A DNA stretch of 64,000 bases from Glycera tridactyla (GCA_965644265.1 OZ286461.1:66154001-66218000), one strand, 5' to 3'; positions 38,591 to 53,165 are shown, counted from the first letter of the stretch. The notes: generated by a model not told the origin, from the letters alone. Program-made: numbers and translations.

Positions 38591-38897
38591 TACTACAATT
38601 GAACTTGTCCATAAAGACCACCAATCTCACACTAGAAAGTGGATCTTGTGAACAAGTGCACTATCAAAGTCACGGCTGTGTGGCTTTTGTAGGCAGGTGG
38701 TATTGGTATAGAGGCGGTCTCTCATTCAGCTTCCAATGTATTAGTTCCTGATGTAAGCCCAAATCTTCCAGTATTCTCTACCATGGATGGTTTCCCTAAT
38801 TACGTCACAATGGTCGCAAGATCATGCGACCGAAGTGTGCACTCATTATGACGTCTTTCATGGTGTATGGGGCGAATGGCATTATGGGATCCAGATA

Positions 38898-39046
38898 TGG
38901 TAAAACCTGTGATGATAGACTGCCCTAAATGTCACGAAAAAGAGGTCTCTCAGAATAGGTGGTCCATCATAGAAGGTATATTTAGAAACACTCTCCGGCA
39001 GAAGTAGTTATCTGTTGGAGGTGGACTCTGGTCACAGGTTTCACTG
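38898..39046. mobile_element. pogo/Tigger-like MITE, degraded
   Basis: gtaaaacctgtga...tcacaggtttcactg|TA. Confidence 0.6.
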
Positions 39047-40242
39047 TATATGATAGTCAAGGCGTGCAATACTGCCATGCATACAAGACATGTCCAGCTC
39101 CAGTTAGATTGTCATTTACGATACACCAATTGATATTTTGTTCATTCATTTGAGGTACAACGGCATGTATCAAGCTATGTGATTATGTATGCCATATTCC
39201 TGCATGTGTTCCTGGTCAATGGCAGTTGGATGTTCTCTCCCCTGCAGACATCACTTTCACAAATCCTGAACACAAGATGGTGCGAACCTGATGGGTTGAC
39301 GAGTGGGAGGAGTTGACAGTTAATACATACCAAATGATACAATATCAAATGTGTATATGATGCCTGGTGGACAACAATATTCATGAGTCAGAATATGATA
39401 TGCAGTCACGTTCATTTATTGTCAAAGACAGTGAAACCAGCAATGAGGCGGCAAGAGAATTTCTTCAGCTCAATCCACAATAATGGAATATAATCAAACC
39501 TGCTCAAAACCACTTCTATACAGAAGTCACCCCTCTACAAAGAGCGTTTTTCAATGCTACTGAGGGTTCCCTTCGTAGACAGGGTTGATTGTCTATTCTA
39601 CTGATTCTGACAGAGAAAAAAAGCGTCGAGTGATTAGGAATAAATGTGAAATTAAAAGGGTCAAAATAAAGGAGTACACAATTAGTAGCGAGCCAAATTG
39701 CGCGGATGCGTCCCTGGAGAGAAGGGGTTATCGTGGCAATCAGAGACTAAATGGCCATGTCTGGCATGTGTTTAATTCTTCATTGTTCACGCTTGGTGCA
39801 TATTAAATTTTAATTGAGATTTACACTTGTATTAATCAGTTCATAAACACTGCACGTTATCATGATTTATATCATTTCTGAGTTAATAATGAGTGCGAAT
39901 TATTAATACCGCGAAGTGTATCATTCAAATGAAGCATCTGCACTTTTTCATCGCAGCATCACTGACACCAATACTTAGCATGTTTAGCATCTCAAAATGA
40001 CACAAACCCATATTTAGTGCATTCAGAATTCAATCTGTTTTATTGATGAGTTAGTGGATACAGATTCGTATTTTTCATTCAAGAAAGGTGTGAACGCCTT
40101 TACTTTAAATACAAAAAATGTTGAGCCAAGTCAATGCAGGATTAATCAGTCACTTGTAAAGCGCAATAAAACTTGTGATCCCTCTCTTTCCTTCAAATCA
40201 ACAACCACTCCTCCCGATGACAAATATTTTGCCATCAAATTT

Positions 40243-40722
40243 CATGGTTCATACAAGGTTCTTATGAAGAAATTCCAGAGTTTTTCCAGAACATTTACAG
40301 TACACCATGAAGAATTTCAAGAACACACACAACCAGAAATTCATGTTTTCTAAATGAATGCATCATAATGAATGGTGATTTCATATGCGCAGCATCAGCG
40401 ACTAGAGGTAGTATGTCTGAACCATTGAGTTTTCTGAAATTCTCCAACATGATGGTGGTCACGATTTCTCATGTGCACATCTTGGTGGTCATTTTGAGAT
40501 CTATCAGAACTATTGATGTCTACACTGTTCACTGTCAATCAGCAAAAATGAGTGAAATTACCAGGTTTTTGCTAATCTTCAGAACATAGGTATGAGTTCC
40601 AGAGTGCAAATCTCAAAATTCCAGTATATTTCCAGAACATTAAAGTGAAAAACATGTTTTCCAGAACATTTCCAGTATAGATAATGATTTCCAGAACATT
40701 TCCAGAGTCTGTGCGAACCCTG
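40243..40722 (+). mobile_element. hAT-like MITE, same family as 28162
   Basis: Same ends; flanked by aaattt/aaattt. Confidence 0.75.
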
Positions 40723-43019
40723 AAATTTGTTCCCTCTCGACCCAAGCTGATTTTTTTTTTACATTTGATCGAGTTGTTAGTTTCGTATCAGACATTAACA
40801 TCAATTCAATGAGGTGCCTACTGGTTAGAGTGACACCTAGTGGCAACTATTGGAAATGACTGTTCCTCTCCTTTTGCTAGATGACTGGTACAAAAAATTT
40901 ATTCAAGATCTATGATAGCCAAAGACATAGACTTTCACACTGGTAGAATTTTGTTTTGTTTTGAGGCATCATGCTGGCAATTGATAAGCCATGAGAATGA
41001 TATCTCAGTGAATCAGAGGAGTGAATAGCTGATCATACACTGACTGCAGTTCAAGCACATGAGGTGCACAATGAAATTTTTGTACTTTATTAGACACAGA
41101 ATGACTTATCAAGTTAGATATATATCATATTGATTGTAGAAAAGCAATTGGAAATTATATTCCATATTTACTAAGAATTTGATGGTAGTGAAAGTCAGCT
41201 CTGTGCAAGTGCCACCTTGCGTCAATATAGTGAATTCCCTGGCGGGAATTTCAGGAACTGAATGTTATCCTCTTTCGTGAGAGATGAGTAGGTAGTCATT
41301 CTGAAAGTTTTACGATTTATAAAACTGTATTCTCCCTGATTTGCACCCTGGCACTTGCTAATTTGCAAGGGGGGGGGGGGGGACGCTTGTTTTTTTTCAC
41401 CGATGGGCAATAATAGGGTATTTTGGCGAACAAACCAGTGTCAAAGTAACATTTGATTAATGGGATGCTTCATCCATGTGCACCGCCAAGTTGACTTGAC
41501 AGTTAATTCCAAGAAATATCTGATGTACTGGACAGTGCGGCAAACTCGATCTGACCAAATTTCCTGAAAACGCACACGCAGTGAAGTCAGTGCGAGTCTT
41601 CACATGGTGGACGATGATTGTTTCAAGAATGTACTTTGCACATTCCACATGTGCTTTCAAAGCACTCTTCAAGAAACCCCCCCCCCCCCCCTGTGTCGTG
41701 ATAGAGAGAGTGCTTATTCTTGAGAAATATTTCCTTCTTGGCTTCTGCTCTTGTTTATTTGTTTCGGCCAGTCTTGGTCACACATGCATCCAAGATATAC
41801 ATCCGCCAAATGCAATCAAAAGTAGGTGATTTCCAGAATTCCGGATATTTTCTGAGGATTGGCAACACTGTATACCAGAGACGCTAATGAGATGAGGCCA
41901 AATTTCAGCAATATGAATGAATTTCCCCCCCCCCCCCCAAAAAAAGAAAACATCTCAAAAATATTCCAAAGTATCTGTTTTGAAACCCCCAGCCAGATTG
42001 CAGCAATTTCTCAATTTGAATTTTTCATTCAATTTTCGGGAATCCTGAAAAGTTTACGAAAACTCTACATCCCTGTATGATAATCTATCCGAAGAAGGAA
42101 GTTACGGCTCACTACCAATCAAAGACTTTCCCTACCGATTTGAAAACAGCCCGATCCAGTCTCAATCAGAAACACAGGTCCCCAAGGAACGGAATCGAAT
42201 TGCATTCTTCTCGGCGCAAGACCCCCTACTGAAGCATTGATCATTATGTCAGCCTGCATGCACGTGGCAACCCAGAAATTAGACGGGCCGTGATTGGTTA
42301 TCGGTTAATTGGACTCGAAGCTGATTGGCTGCTGTCTAATTGGAATCAAAGCAGCAGCCGAATGTGGGAATTATAAGGACACACGAATGTAATTGTCAGG
42401 AGTGATGATTAGCAGAATCAGATTAATTTTTCCTGAATAGAACACTAACGCAATCATTTTCATAATCTCGCGCACAAAAAGAAATCAGCCGTCGTCATCA
42501 TTGAGGCAACGAGCATGGATAATTGGGTTATTCAACACGCCGACTTATACAAATGATAAATGCAAATTGGGGATAATGCTAAGTGGAGTGTGAAAATATG
42601 ATGAATTGTTCAAAAAATCGTGCATTATTATGTGTTCTCCTCTTGCATGTGTTTACAATCAGGCAAACATTGTGTAACAAAGTGCTCGTCACAATGTCAA
42701 TAATGAGAGGGTGCGAGTCGGGCACGCATAGAACCTCGCTGAAACACGACCAACCGCCCACGACAAAATGTCATCGCCGAGTCAAATAACCATCGAAAAG
42801 ATTACAGGACAATGCACCATTGAGAAATCTCGACATCTCCACTCAAAATCTGGGGATTTTTTAACCACTTCAAATATTTCTCATGTCACTTTGGTAGTTC
42901 AGCAAAGAAAAATTATACAATAAATAGATAATAGCTATGAATGACTTGTCTTTTGCTCCTATTTTGCCACAAGAATAAAACTGGTCTCGAGGGAAGTCCT
43001 TGAAGTGTCACTGCTCAAA

Positions 43020-43192
43020 CAGTAAAACCTGCGACAAAAGACTTCCCAAATGCCACCAGAGAGTGGTCTTTCAAAACTGGTGGTCTCTTGTCAGAAGTAT
43101 ATTTGACCATGGCAGATATAAAGGATGTCCTGAAAAGTGGTCTCTTGTCGAAGGTGGTCTCTCATTGGGGTCTCTCATTGCATTTTTCACGG
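43020..43192. mobile_element. pogo/Tigger-like MITE, degraded (further fragments near 5200-5291, 16215-16655, 22545-22690, 28990-29130, 33955-34090, 39490-39590, 43410-43550, 56125-56220, 62037-62100, 63912-64000)
   Basis: cagtaaaacctgcga...tttcacgg|TA; shared gagacc/ggtctc and gaggtggtc motifs. Confidence 0.55.
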
Positions 43193-43779
43193 TATTGGCA
43201 AGACTTACAATAGGATCGCACACGCAGTTTGGGAGGAACAAAGTGAGACTGGTGGTATTCATCAGTTTTGAGTACAAGTAGATTACACAAGGTGGCGCTC
43301 TATTGAAAATGACAGAGAATGAAGTCACACATCAATTAATCAAGGCCTAACACAGAGGTGACTGAAATACCTCCACCGCCACTTTGATACTTAGAATGTA
43401 TGCAATATGGCCAAGGTACAGCTGACCTGGCTATAAGGCCACCTCCTGTCACACCATAAGTGGCCTTTTTAGACAGGTGGTTTTAATACAGGTCATTTAC
43501 TGGCGAAGGGTGACATTTATAGGCAGGTGGGCTATCAAGCAGGTTTGACTATGAGAATGTATGCATATGTGTGTTTGTGTGTTGAGGGTGTGTTATGTAA
43601 TTGTGGAGAGAGTGAAGAAATGGACAAGTCATGGTGGAGAAACAGTAGCATGTCTACTACCAGAGAATCTAATGAAAGAAAAGCCAAGGGGATTGTGAGA
43701 GGCCTTACACCATACAGACAATTTAATGAGCCTCGTCAATTCCGCTGTCTCAATGAATTCCAAACTCACAGATACAACC

Positions 43780-44032
43780 AAATACACAGATACACATTTT
43801 TTTTTTCTTGAATAACTCTGGAATGGATGGATCAACCTGCATGAAAATTGTGTCTTGCACATCTACACTTTGTGGTGATGACATAACCCAAGTCTCAATC
43901 CAATAGCTTAAGAAATGTGAGAGTAGTTCGCGGGACAAACTTTTGCGGACAGACCAACCGACCGACCGACCAACCAACAGAGTGACTCCAGTATGCCCCC
44001 TTCCAAACTTCGTTTGGGCGTGTGTATAAAAA
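43780..44032 (+). mobile_element. Helentron-type element (3' part); another fragment at ~44520-44945
   Basis: (CCGA/CCAA)n followed by ccaaacttcgtttgg hairpin and tataaaaa. Confidence 0.6.
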
Positions 44033-46249
44033 TTAGCAGTGTTCATGAGCATAGTCCAATCATGTTAAGATTACATGAATAGCTCAGATATGACGGTACG
44101 CATTCGCTTCTTGGTTTGGTGAGGGCTTGGAAAAATCCATTTAGAAACTTGGCATGTTCCACATTTTTTCATCTATTAGTTTACTTCATTGAGCTCTTAA
44201 ATGGACTGGGAAAAATAACAGGGATGGCTCAACTGTGTCTCCAATTGTGTGCTGAAAAGCACATGAATCGCTAATATGTACGTCATATTCAGCAGTACGC
44301 CTCACAACTATCACATATCTTTCAGTTTTCACTAGCTTCACATGCAGCTGACTGGGTTTATCAAGGCCGGCCATGAGTTGAAATGATCCATCTTGTAAGT
44401 TCACAATTAGTAGAGGAAGTTTCGTGGGCAGAAGAGCTCTCTTCTTCAGCTGACAGCCCTGTCTTCCATTTGAAAAAAAAATCACAAAGAGGAAGAAAAG
44501 AGTTGCCATGTGATACATGAATAATATATTTCTTTACAGTTCAGAATTGAACTAGTTCTTTAGATTAGCACTGTATGTCCACCTGTAAAGTTTCAATTGG
44601 ATAGCTGCATTCATTTCGGAATTATTGCCAGGAAACTGACTGGCATGAACATATGACCTTCTTGAACTCCATGTAGCGAAGCCAAATCAAACCAGTTCAG
44701 TACGGTACCACTGCTAGGTCACCTGCCAAGTTTCATTTGTATGGTTTGATCCATACTAGAATTACTGATTGGAAACCACATAAGACCTGTTCGCACTCAG
44801 GTGACCTTGATATCCTATGTAACTGACACAAAATCTGTATTCTGCCAAGTTTCAAATGGCTAGCTGCATTCATTGCAGAGATATTTCCCGGAAATCACAT
44901 CTAAACATGGTGGCCCACACAGTGGCTGAGGCGGGGCACAAAAATCTGCCAACATATCAATGATATCAACATTAACAGCAATTCAGTGCAGTGCCTCCTG
45001 ATTAGAGTGTGTAGAATATCATAGAGAAAATCCATACTCTTCTGAATGTCTGTCTAAAGAATTCTGTTGACCAAAATAAGGAAGCGGCATGTGAATTCTA
45101 ATATGATGAGCTAACCTCCTGCTTGTATGTTTTTCATATGCAGGGTTGTTGGTTACCATGTGTGATAAAATTGATGACAACAATGCAATTTTGCCATAAG
45201 AGCACAATGAACATGGGGATATTTGAGAATATTATTCCTTAGTTCCTGATAGGTGAAAATTTGTTAAATTCATATGGAGGTTAAAAAAAGATTTGAAAAT
45301 CCAGTATGTTCTTTGGATTAGCTTAAGAGTTCCCTATATGGTATACAGTATGAAATGGAATGGTCAAATCCTCATGGGCCAATGTGGAGAATGATCATGC
45401 AGGGATGGGATCTTTTGATGAGCAAAAAAAGTGATGATATAATTTTTTTGGGGGTTTCACAAGACACATCTTTTCACCTTTCTTGGGCACTATCAGACTG
45501 AAAGCTGAAAATGCTGAAGAGAAGAGGCACCGCTGCTGGGGGCAATCCCCTACTTTTTGGGGAGGACAGCAGTGGTTCTTTTACAGGCATACAGGAGTAG
45601 ACCCCCATACCTATGGCCGACCTATGATATCCCAGTCAGCATGCACTGGATTATTCTTTTGAGTGATGATGGCAGTATTTGCGAGGATCAAATGAGGAGA
45701 CTTGTAATTTCTTTGAGTATTGATGTACAAAAATGCCAACATTTCAGCCCAAAAAGGGTGATCATCACTCAAAAATCGTAATGGTTGGCATCTCTGGATT
45801 GTGAAAAAGCAGCGATAAAATCCATGATGGCCGCTTCCAGACAGGTTATTCCTCACATCGCCATCGCTGGTGGGATAATGTAATCTACGGATTAGTGAGA
45901 TGGATTGAGGAATAACGCGCATCACATACAAGCACGGGGCCACATCTGGCATTTTAGAGATATTAGAAATATACACGCTCATCCAATCATCTCCAATTTG
46001 GCTTCAAACTAAATGAAATATGACCGCTGCATTGGCTTCTGGGATCCTCCTGAATCAGATTAGGAGGGTGAAATCAAATATACAATGGTTCTGAGTATAA
46101 CAAACACTCGCTAGAATAAGATGCGCGCCTAAAAACTGACGTCCATGAGTGAAATCAGAGGCCACCAGGAAATGAGATAAGCTGCAGGATTGTCCACTGG
46201 CTGGGGTAAAATTGTATGAAGAGAAGTTCATAAATTGTACAATCAAGTC

Positions 46250-46950
46250 CCCGAAGTTGATTCAATATAGCCTCTACCCGAGCATGGATTCATGCCGGAA
46301 ACCGAGTTAGTGAGTTTCGATATTGTACAGAAGTCGGTAGTTGATTCCCTCTCCGCGTGCCACTGAGTCGCATCAATGGTCAGATTTATTTATGGCCATG
46401 TTTGGCTATCGTAAATTATGCTGCGCAAACTTCATAACGTTGGCAGCACAGATACGTTATCTCCGAAATATGACAAATTATGTAAATGCACGCAGTCTAT
46501 ATCCAATTTCGCTGGCCATTAGAACTCGCTCATGGATGGTTACCCATGATGCAATTGTATGCACTTATCGAATCAGGCCAAGTGCGCTATATGTAAATAC
46601 CATTACGAGGGACACACAATCAGTTGGCAGATTGAATTAGCGAATGAAAGCTGGTGCTCGCTTGTATCCGAGAGTTGGGCATGAAATCAGTGGCGCACTT
46701 GTTAGCGGAATTGTGTTTTATTTCGATTGCAGTGGACACAAGGAGTCGGGCATTACGTGTATTACACCCGCCTTTCAGTCACGCAGATCAAAGCGAGATT
46801 GGCGCAGTAATAAAGACGATCGCCACTTACATGGCAGATTAATCACAATTGAGCAAATCACACGACAAAACTGCCATTTGATTCGCCCGCCGACTAACTA
46901 CGCGGGGCCAATATTGGTCGCGGCCACCATGTGTCACGCGTTATAGAGCA
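46250..46950. promoter_or_regulatory. Putative enhancer-like island (similar: 13480-13930, 20330-20680, 33400-33880, 35520-35950, 39620-39960, 42100-42800, 49380-49680, 61140-61900, 63200-63800)
   Basis: TE-free, CpG-retaining, homeodomain/Sox/E-box-like words, non-coding. Confidence 0.3.
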
Positions 46951-47094
46951 CGGATTAGTAATCCCCAACAACCTCACTTGATATGGAAATCGGCAATGTC
47001 CACCCTGACTATAAGGGCGAACTTATCATGCCCTCGTTTCATCTCCATAGCAACACATATGACAGAGAGGCGCATCACTCTCGCATCACCATTG

Positions 47095-48665
47095 TCAATA
47101 TCGGGGCAATATCCCTCACCCTGGCAGTAAACCACAAATATCGGGGCAATAACCCCCACCTCGGCAGTGAACTACAAATACCAGGGCAATAACATCACCT
47201 CTGCAGTGAACTACACATATCAGGGCAATAACACCACCTCTGCAGCAAACTACAAATATCAGGGCAATAACCCCGACCTCTGCAGTGAACTACACATATC
47301 AGGGCAATAACACCACCTCTGCAGCAAACTAAAACAAGGCATCAGTGATGCGGGGTCCCCCGCCAATGTGGGACTATGACAGTGAGCACCTCTGCTTCCT
47401 GAACTGTGCAGAAAAAATGTGTTGGTTTTCTTCATATGGGGTCGACAATGTGCATGCCATTATGGAGTGTTTCAAGTATGCCCATGGGCAGCCTAGCACT
47501 TGCCCAAGCTCAGAATGAATGTGCCAGTGCACATATGAACAATGAGAAAGATCAATAAGATATGATTTGGTATGAAGCAGTGCATTTGTTTTGAATACAT
47601 GGGTTCTGCACAGCGCATACCATCCTTTAGTGTTTGAAGCTCTTCAAGATGATGCTTCCAGAAAGGTTGATTCAGTGTGGATTGGTGCAGCAGTCCACAC
47701 TACATGGGTTCCTGTAACGACCATTTTAAATGTCAATGGGCAGCCTATGCTACCCATCATTTGCCCAAACCCATGATAAAGATGTCAGTGCACAGCTACA
47801 CATCAAGACACTTCAGGGAAAGTTCATTCGATGTGGATCGGTGAAACTGTTTTTGAGAGATGAGTTCCACTAAGTTCAAATAAGAGTGCATGCCATATTG
47901 AAGTCCTTCAGATATTTCAACTGCCCATGTGCAGCCCATTGCATGTACAAATCTGTAATAAATCTGCCAGTGCACACCTACACATCAGGACGCTTCAGGA
48001 AGACTTTATTTTGTGTGAATCGGTGGAGCGGTTATGGAGATATGAGTTCTGCAAAGTGTGGATGGGAGTGCCTAGCATTCCAACATTTCACCTGCCCATG
48101 GGCAGCCCATCACATGGCAGAAGCCAGAATAAATGGGCCAGTGCACACCTACACATCACGGCACTTGTATGAAACTTGATTTGGTGTGAATTGGTGCAGC
48201 CATAGTGGAGATATGAGTTCCGCAAAATCGTGATGACATCCTGAAGTTTTTCACATTTCACCTGCCCTGTGGGCAGGCAATCACATGCCCAATTCCAGAA
48301 GAAACATGCCAGTGCACACCTACACATCAAGACGCTTCCAGGAAACTTGATTTGGTGTGAATCGGTGAAGCGGTTCCAGAGATACAGGTTCCGCAAAGTT
48401 GGCGTGCGCGGACGGACACCGGACGGACGGACGGACGGACGGACGGACAGACGCCCACTATTTTATAGTCCCCCTTCCGGTGCTCCGGCGGGGGACAAAT
48501 ATCAGGGCAATAACCCCGACCTCTGCAGTGAACTACAAATATCAGGGCAATAACACCACCTCTGCAGCAGACTACAAATATCAGGGCAATAAACCCCAAC
48601 TTACCAGTGAACTACAATATCAAGGCAATAACCCCCACCTCTGCAGTGAACTACAAATATCACGA
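47095..48665. repeat. 39-40-bp minisatellite split into 47095-47331 and 48498-48665
   Basis: Unit aaatatcagggcaataacaccacctctgcagtgaactac. Confidence 0.85.
47332..48497 (+). mobile_element. Helentron-type element inserted into a 39-40-bp minisatellite
   Basis: aacaag start, repeated gtgcacacctacacatca units, (GGAC)n, 3' hairpin gtcccccttccgg..ccggcggggac. Confidence 0.7.
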
Positions 48666-49761
48666 TACCATACCTAGCTGAGAAATATTTGGGGGAAGCT
48701 ATGAAATGCATCTGTGTTAAGTCTGGTATGGCTAGAGACAGCCACCATCTATAGAAAAAACATTTATGAAACACAGTTTTGTCCCAAAAACCAATCAGGC
48801 TTGTTGGGAGGCCCTATCCATAGCTGATACTCATTAAGAAATCCTACAGAATGCATCTGTGTCAGGTTTGGTGTGGCTTGGGAAAGCCACAGTTTTTATA
48901 AAAAAAAATCTATTTCTGAAAAAACAATTTTGTCCTAAAAATCCATCAACCCTTTTGGGAGATCCCATCCATGGCTCTCATTCCATAGGAAATCCTATGG
49001 AATGCATCTGTGCCAAGTTTGGTGTGGCTCAGATAGCCAATATGTTTAGGAAGAAAAGTGTGAGAAGCTATTACAGTCAAGGTGGCAGTATTTGGGATGT
49101 TTTCCAGCACTAATAGGCCAGAGATGTTTAACAGTTCCGTCAAAGATGCGTAATCATTACTCGAAATTGCTGATGGTTGCCAGCTCTGTAATTTGCAAAG
49201 ACATAGACATCAACCAATATTTGTCCAGGAATATACCCAGGTGAGAATTCACATGGAAAATTCCGGTCATCATCAACACAAACTTGGGTGACCAATGATG
49301 ACTCTCCTGATGGACGTGAAGAAACTCATCTCCGAGTGGACTAAGTAAGTTGCTGTTCTCGTGTCCGCTTCAGTGCACTTCTATGACACCATTCATCAAA
49401 TGGTTTGTAGGAGGCGCGACGATGCAATTATGGCCATAACCAAGCGCTAATGAGTCAACTTAATAGAAACGCGGCGATTCGCTCCGGCCAAGATGGATCT
49501 GCGTGGCATTACACCTTTCTGCTCGCTTGTCAACGGGCGACATCGCTCATTCTATACAAGTCGCTCATTCGATAATTACTAATTACACGTGGGGAACGAG
49601 GACGAGATGAAAGCGCCTGGATCACCATCATGGTGGTCACACATAATGCACGCTCCGTACAAACTTTGTAAATAGTCTATCTGCTCAGCTACCCTTTCGT
49701 CTCTGTGTTTACAGTCCCTGGCATCATTCCAACAATGCTGAATTCATGTGCGCTTCACAAT

Positions 49762-49949
49762 CATAGATGCCAACCTCTGATGGTCAAAAATAGTAGCAGT
49801 GCCAATTTCAAAGAGTAGCAGTGCCAGTATTTGCAATGGAATAATAAGAAAAATCTTGATTTCCCAGAGTAGCATCACCTGTAAAATGCATGAATTTTGG
49901 TATAAAAAGAGTAGCTGCTACTCCAAAATCGTAGCAGTTGGCATCTCTG
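49762..49949. mobile_element. hAT-like MITE (ca(g/t)agatgccaac ends); relatives at 62889-63076, ~1060-1215, ~45720-45797
   Basis: catagatgccaac...gttggcatctctg; flanked by cacaat/cacaat. Confidence 0.7.
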
Positions 49950-52900
49950 CACAATTGATACATCTGATGTCAGAAAATGGAAGTAAAATGATGTGTCATG
50001 GTATGAATTTCCAAGTTATGATAATATGATAAAACGGCAAAATCCGGCAATGGGAGATTTGTTCTCCTTTCATGGATCTCTTGATTTTCATTTTGTCATA
50101 GTTTTCTGCTGAACATCCAGATGTTGTTTGAAAAGGCTTATTTCTTGTACATGGTGATAAATAGATTCAGAAACATTCCTCAAGTGAACATTTGTTGCTC
50201 AATTTAAAGCACCATTGAGAAATGATACCAGTGTCTACAAATCACCTGAAACCAATCTGAATCATTGGGAGTTCAATCATTAGAGCATTCAATGATATCC
50301 TTGTCTATTAATCCATGAAGAAACCTTAATATCTATTGGATTCTCATGGAAACTAAGCTATCCTTAAAGAGAACATACTACCATATCCAAAATCTTCCTT
50401 TTCAGATTGACAGACAGCTGCCTCACCAAAATTATGGATGTCCAGTTAATTTGAGGTGGACATAGGGAGAGAGTGGGGGTAATCACCCACAAATGAGGAA
50501 TTCAACCAGGGCTCTACTTTGCTCAAAATATTTCGAACCCAGTTGAAATTTGTGGGCGGCCAGTGAAAAGTTTTGGTAGCCAGTCAATCCATTGCCGATG
50601 ACAACCTCTCAAATTTTCAGGGGCGGCTGGTGGCCAGAGCCATTGGCTACCCATAGGTAGCAACGTAGGACCCTGTGGACCAAGCACATGTAATAAACAT
50701 AATGAAAAATAGCATTGAAAACTTATCAACATAAATATATAAGTGCATCCCCATTTTAAATACACCTTAATGAATACTGGCCACAAGCATGATACATAAA
50801 TATATATATATGTATAAAGCATGCCAGCAAATATACTAAGCACCCTGCAGCATAGATGGAGCAAGAGTAAATATACATTCAGTCTTGATGAATGTTGAAC
50901 TTCTTATCACATGGATATACATTCTCACCTTCAGTGAAGCATCAGGAATTGAGTATTGCATGTGAAACTTCACAGCTGGGTGGGAACTATTTTTTGATGA
51001 TTTCTCCCCTTATCCATGTGATAAAAGCAAGACTATACGACCGTGAGATAAAGATGCAATACCAAACTCTTTGTGAATTTCTCCAGCCTCATGACATCCG
51101 GTGAAATTCAGACCTTGTTTGGTATTGCGTTTTTACTTCACGGCCATATTGTCTTGCTATATCACTAGAGCTTGTAGAATCTTATCTAGCCACATTAAGG
51201 AGGACAGAATGGGTGGCTGGAGCCCAATATGATGTGCCAAGAAATTCTGGAACATGCAGAACTCTAGCCTCAGCAACAGCGCAAGTCTCGATGATACACA
51301 GAAAATCATTCTGCTTCACCTCCTGGAAGCCTTGGGGCCACCTTGCTGACCACATCAGAATTCCTAGGTGCTTGACTCACAATTTTGGCATAATGGTTGA
51401 ATGGGCACCAGTGAAACTTCCTCCTAATAGTCAACGCAAGGGTAGGAAAAATAGCAAACATCGAGGAGCTAGTATTTGCTCTTAAGCTGGAAGCACAAGT
51501 CATGATACCAAGAATACATAAGGCAGTTGACTTGACCTAATTGCTCCCTATAGACATTACCTTGATACGCACGCCCTGTTGAATGAAATGACCATTGTCC
51601 ACATGAAAAAAACGAGTCAAGATAAAACATAGCAGTATCATTGTCTCGAAGGTCCTTGATCTGTGCTGACACTGAAGAAATTAACAGCCATCCACTGAGT
51701 ATTGGTTAGAGTGACACATAGAGGAAACTGATGGAAATAATTGATCTCCCTCATTCGCTAGATGACTGATACAAAAAATCAATTCATGGCATAGAGATAG
51801 GCAAAGCCTTCCATAGAGGTGGATTCATTTGTACTGAAACATAATTCTGATGATTGATAATGATTTCTCAGTAAATCAGAAGAGTTGTCGGCTGATTCTA
51901 TACTACTTGCACTTTGTTAGACCAATATGACAATAAGGATGACTTGGATTCACATCTCACATTCAGAGCTATTATCATGGTACTGAAAGGAACAGGAAGT
52001 CAAAGTCAGCACCCTGCAAGCACCACCTTGTGGCAATGCACTCAAATACACTGATGGAAACTTTTGGAACGAAATTCTGTTACCTCATATAACATCAGCA
52101 GAGGGGTCAACATCCAATCGAGTGACTGTGAATACCCCGTACCAAAGGCTATACCATCAGTACTGGGGAGATAAGTGCCTTCTCGGCTCTTTTGACAGTC
52201 TCACAGAGGTAGAACACAATCTGTTAGTACAGATATCCAAAACAAACCGTGTCCAGTTTGGTCCACCAACAACGTTTTGCCAATCAAAATTATGTCAGTG
52301 CAATTAGTGGCTTTGAGCACAGACTCTAAGAACGATGTCAGGACAAGCCTCATGGGAATGGAACTAGACCAAATATGCAATCTGGATGAAAGCTATCAGC
52401 AGATAAAATAGAAGGCTAGAGTGCATACCAAAATTACAGAATTGGGGCGAATACCCCCGGAAGTTCCTGAAATGGGGTATTCCTTTCAGAATGACTGAAT
52501 TTGGAGTAGGCGCAATCCTCCCACTGGTTTGTTCCAGGAATATTAGGTAATTACGGTCCGATTTTCATGATCTATAAACCAGGATGATCGACTAGAAATG
52601 CTATCTGTCACATGCATAGATTGCTGCAATTGCATGGAAATCCATGGAACCCCACCACTGACAAAAGGCCACATATCAGAAAGCAACAGGATTTCCGAGA
52701 TTGGGGGCATTTACAACCTCCTTGGTAATTTGGGGGCCATTGCAGCCATCACTTGCATTGAAGAGAGGCCCACACTTGAGAAAGTATGTGAAATGCCCCT
52801 TTGACACCCTATGAATGCAACTCTAAGAATCTCAAGGCAGACTATCTACTGGGTTATTTCGTGACTCATGTAATCAAGCCTCATTACTTTCTCTGGGCTT

Positions 52901-52969
52901 GAAATTCTGAATTCATGCCAGAGTTTGCTAGGAACCTGCTTTAATGCAGTATAATTTAATTTCACTCAC

Positions 52970-53165
52970 CTTGTCCACATCTCCGATGTTGAGGGCCTTC
53001 GGCGTCAGTGTTTGTCGGAGATGGTTGGGCAGTGGCGAGGGGGCATCACTATTTGTACCATCATTCTCGTTGTTCTTCTGATTCTTTGGCGTCGCATCTC
53101 CAGCTGCGCTGCTGTCCTTCTTCCTCCCTTTTGGTGTAGCAAGAACTGAGATCGGCATTGAAGCT
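52970..53165 (-). CDS. CHTF18: CHTF18 internal exon (196 nt; ASMPISVLATPKGRKKD...PNHLRQTLTPKALNIGDVDK)
   Basis: ttttttgcattgtAG acceptor, AAG|GTGAGT donor; lies within track ORF 52928-53398; 1+65 codons; ends in phase 0, matching the 10401-10467 exon; the PNHL..L.PK segment resembles the Ctf18 region before DFFGR. Confidence 0.88.

Larger units (their letters stand above)
10468..52969 (-). other. CHTF18: CHTF18 intron, 42,502 bp
   Basis: GT..AG between phase-compatible exons; no further convincing CHTF18 exon found inside. Confidence 0.75.

Noticed and set aside
40938-40960. miRNA-like words (cactggtagaatt as miR-183; also taatctcagc 2580 as miR-216, taatgcccc 57874 as miR-365)
   Set aside because: Partial matches only, with the seed or 3' half missing and no precursor hairpin.
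44186-44518. 110-aa minus ORF as extra exon or nested gene
   Set aside because: No recognisable domain or clear donor; does not fit between PKAL..DK and QVVDFFGR.
50929-50975. 47-nt AG/GTGAGA-bounded poison exon (CTG TGA in phase 0)
   Set aside because: Such cryptic pairs are expected by chance in 42 kb; weak acceptor; needs RNA evidence.
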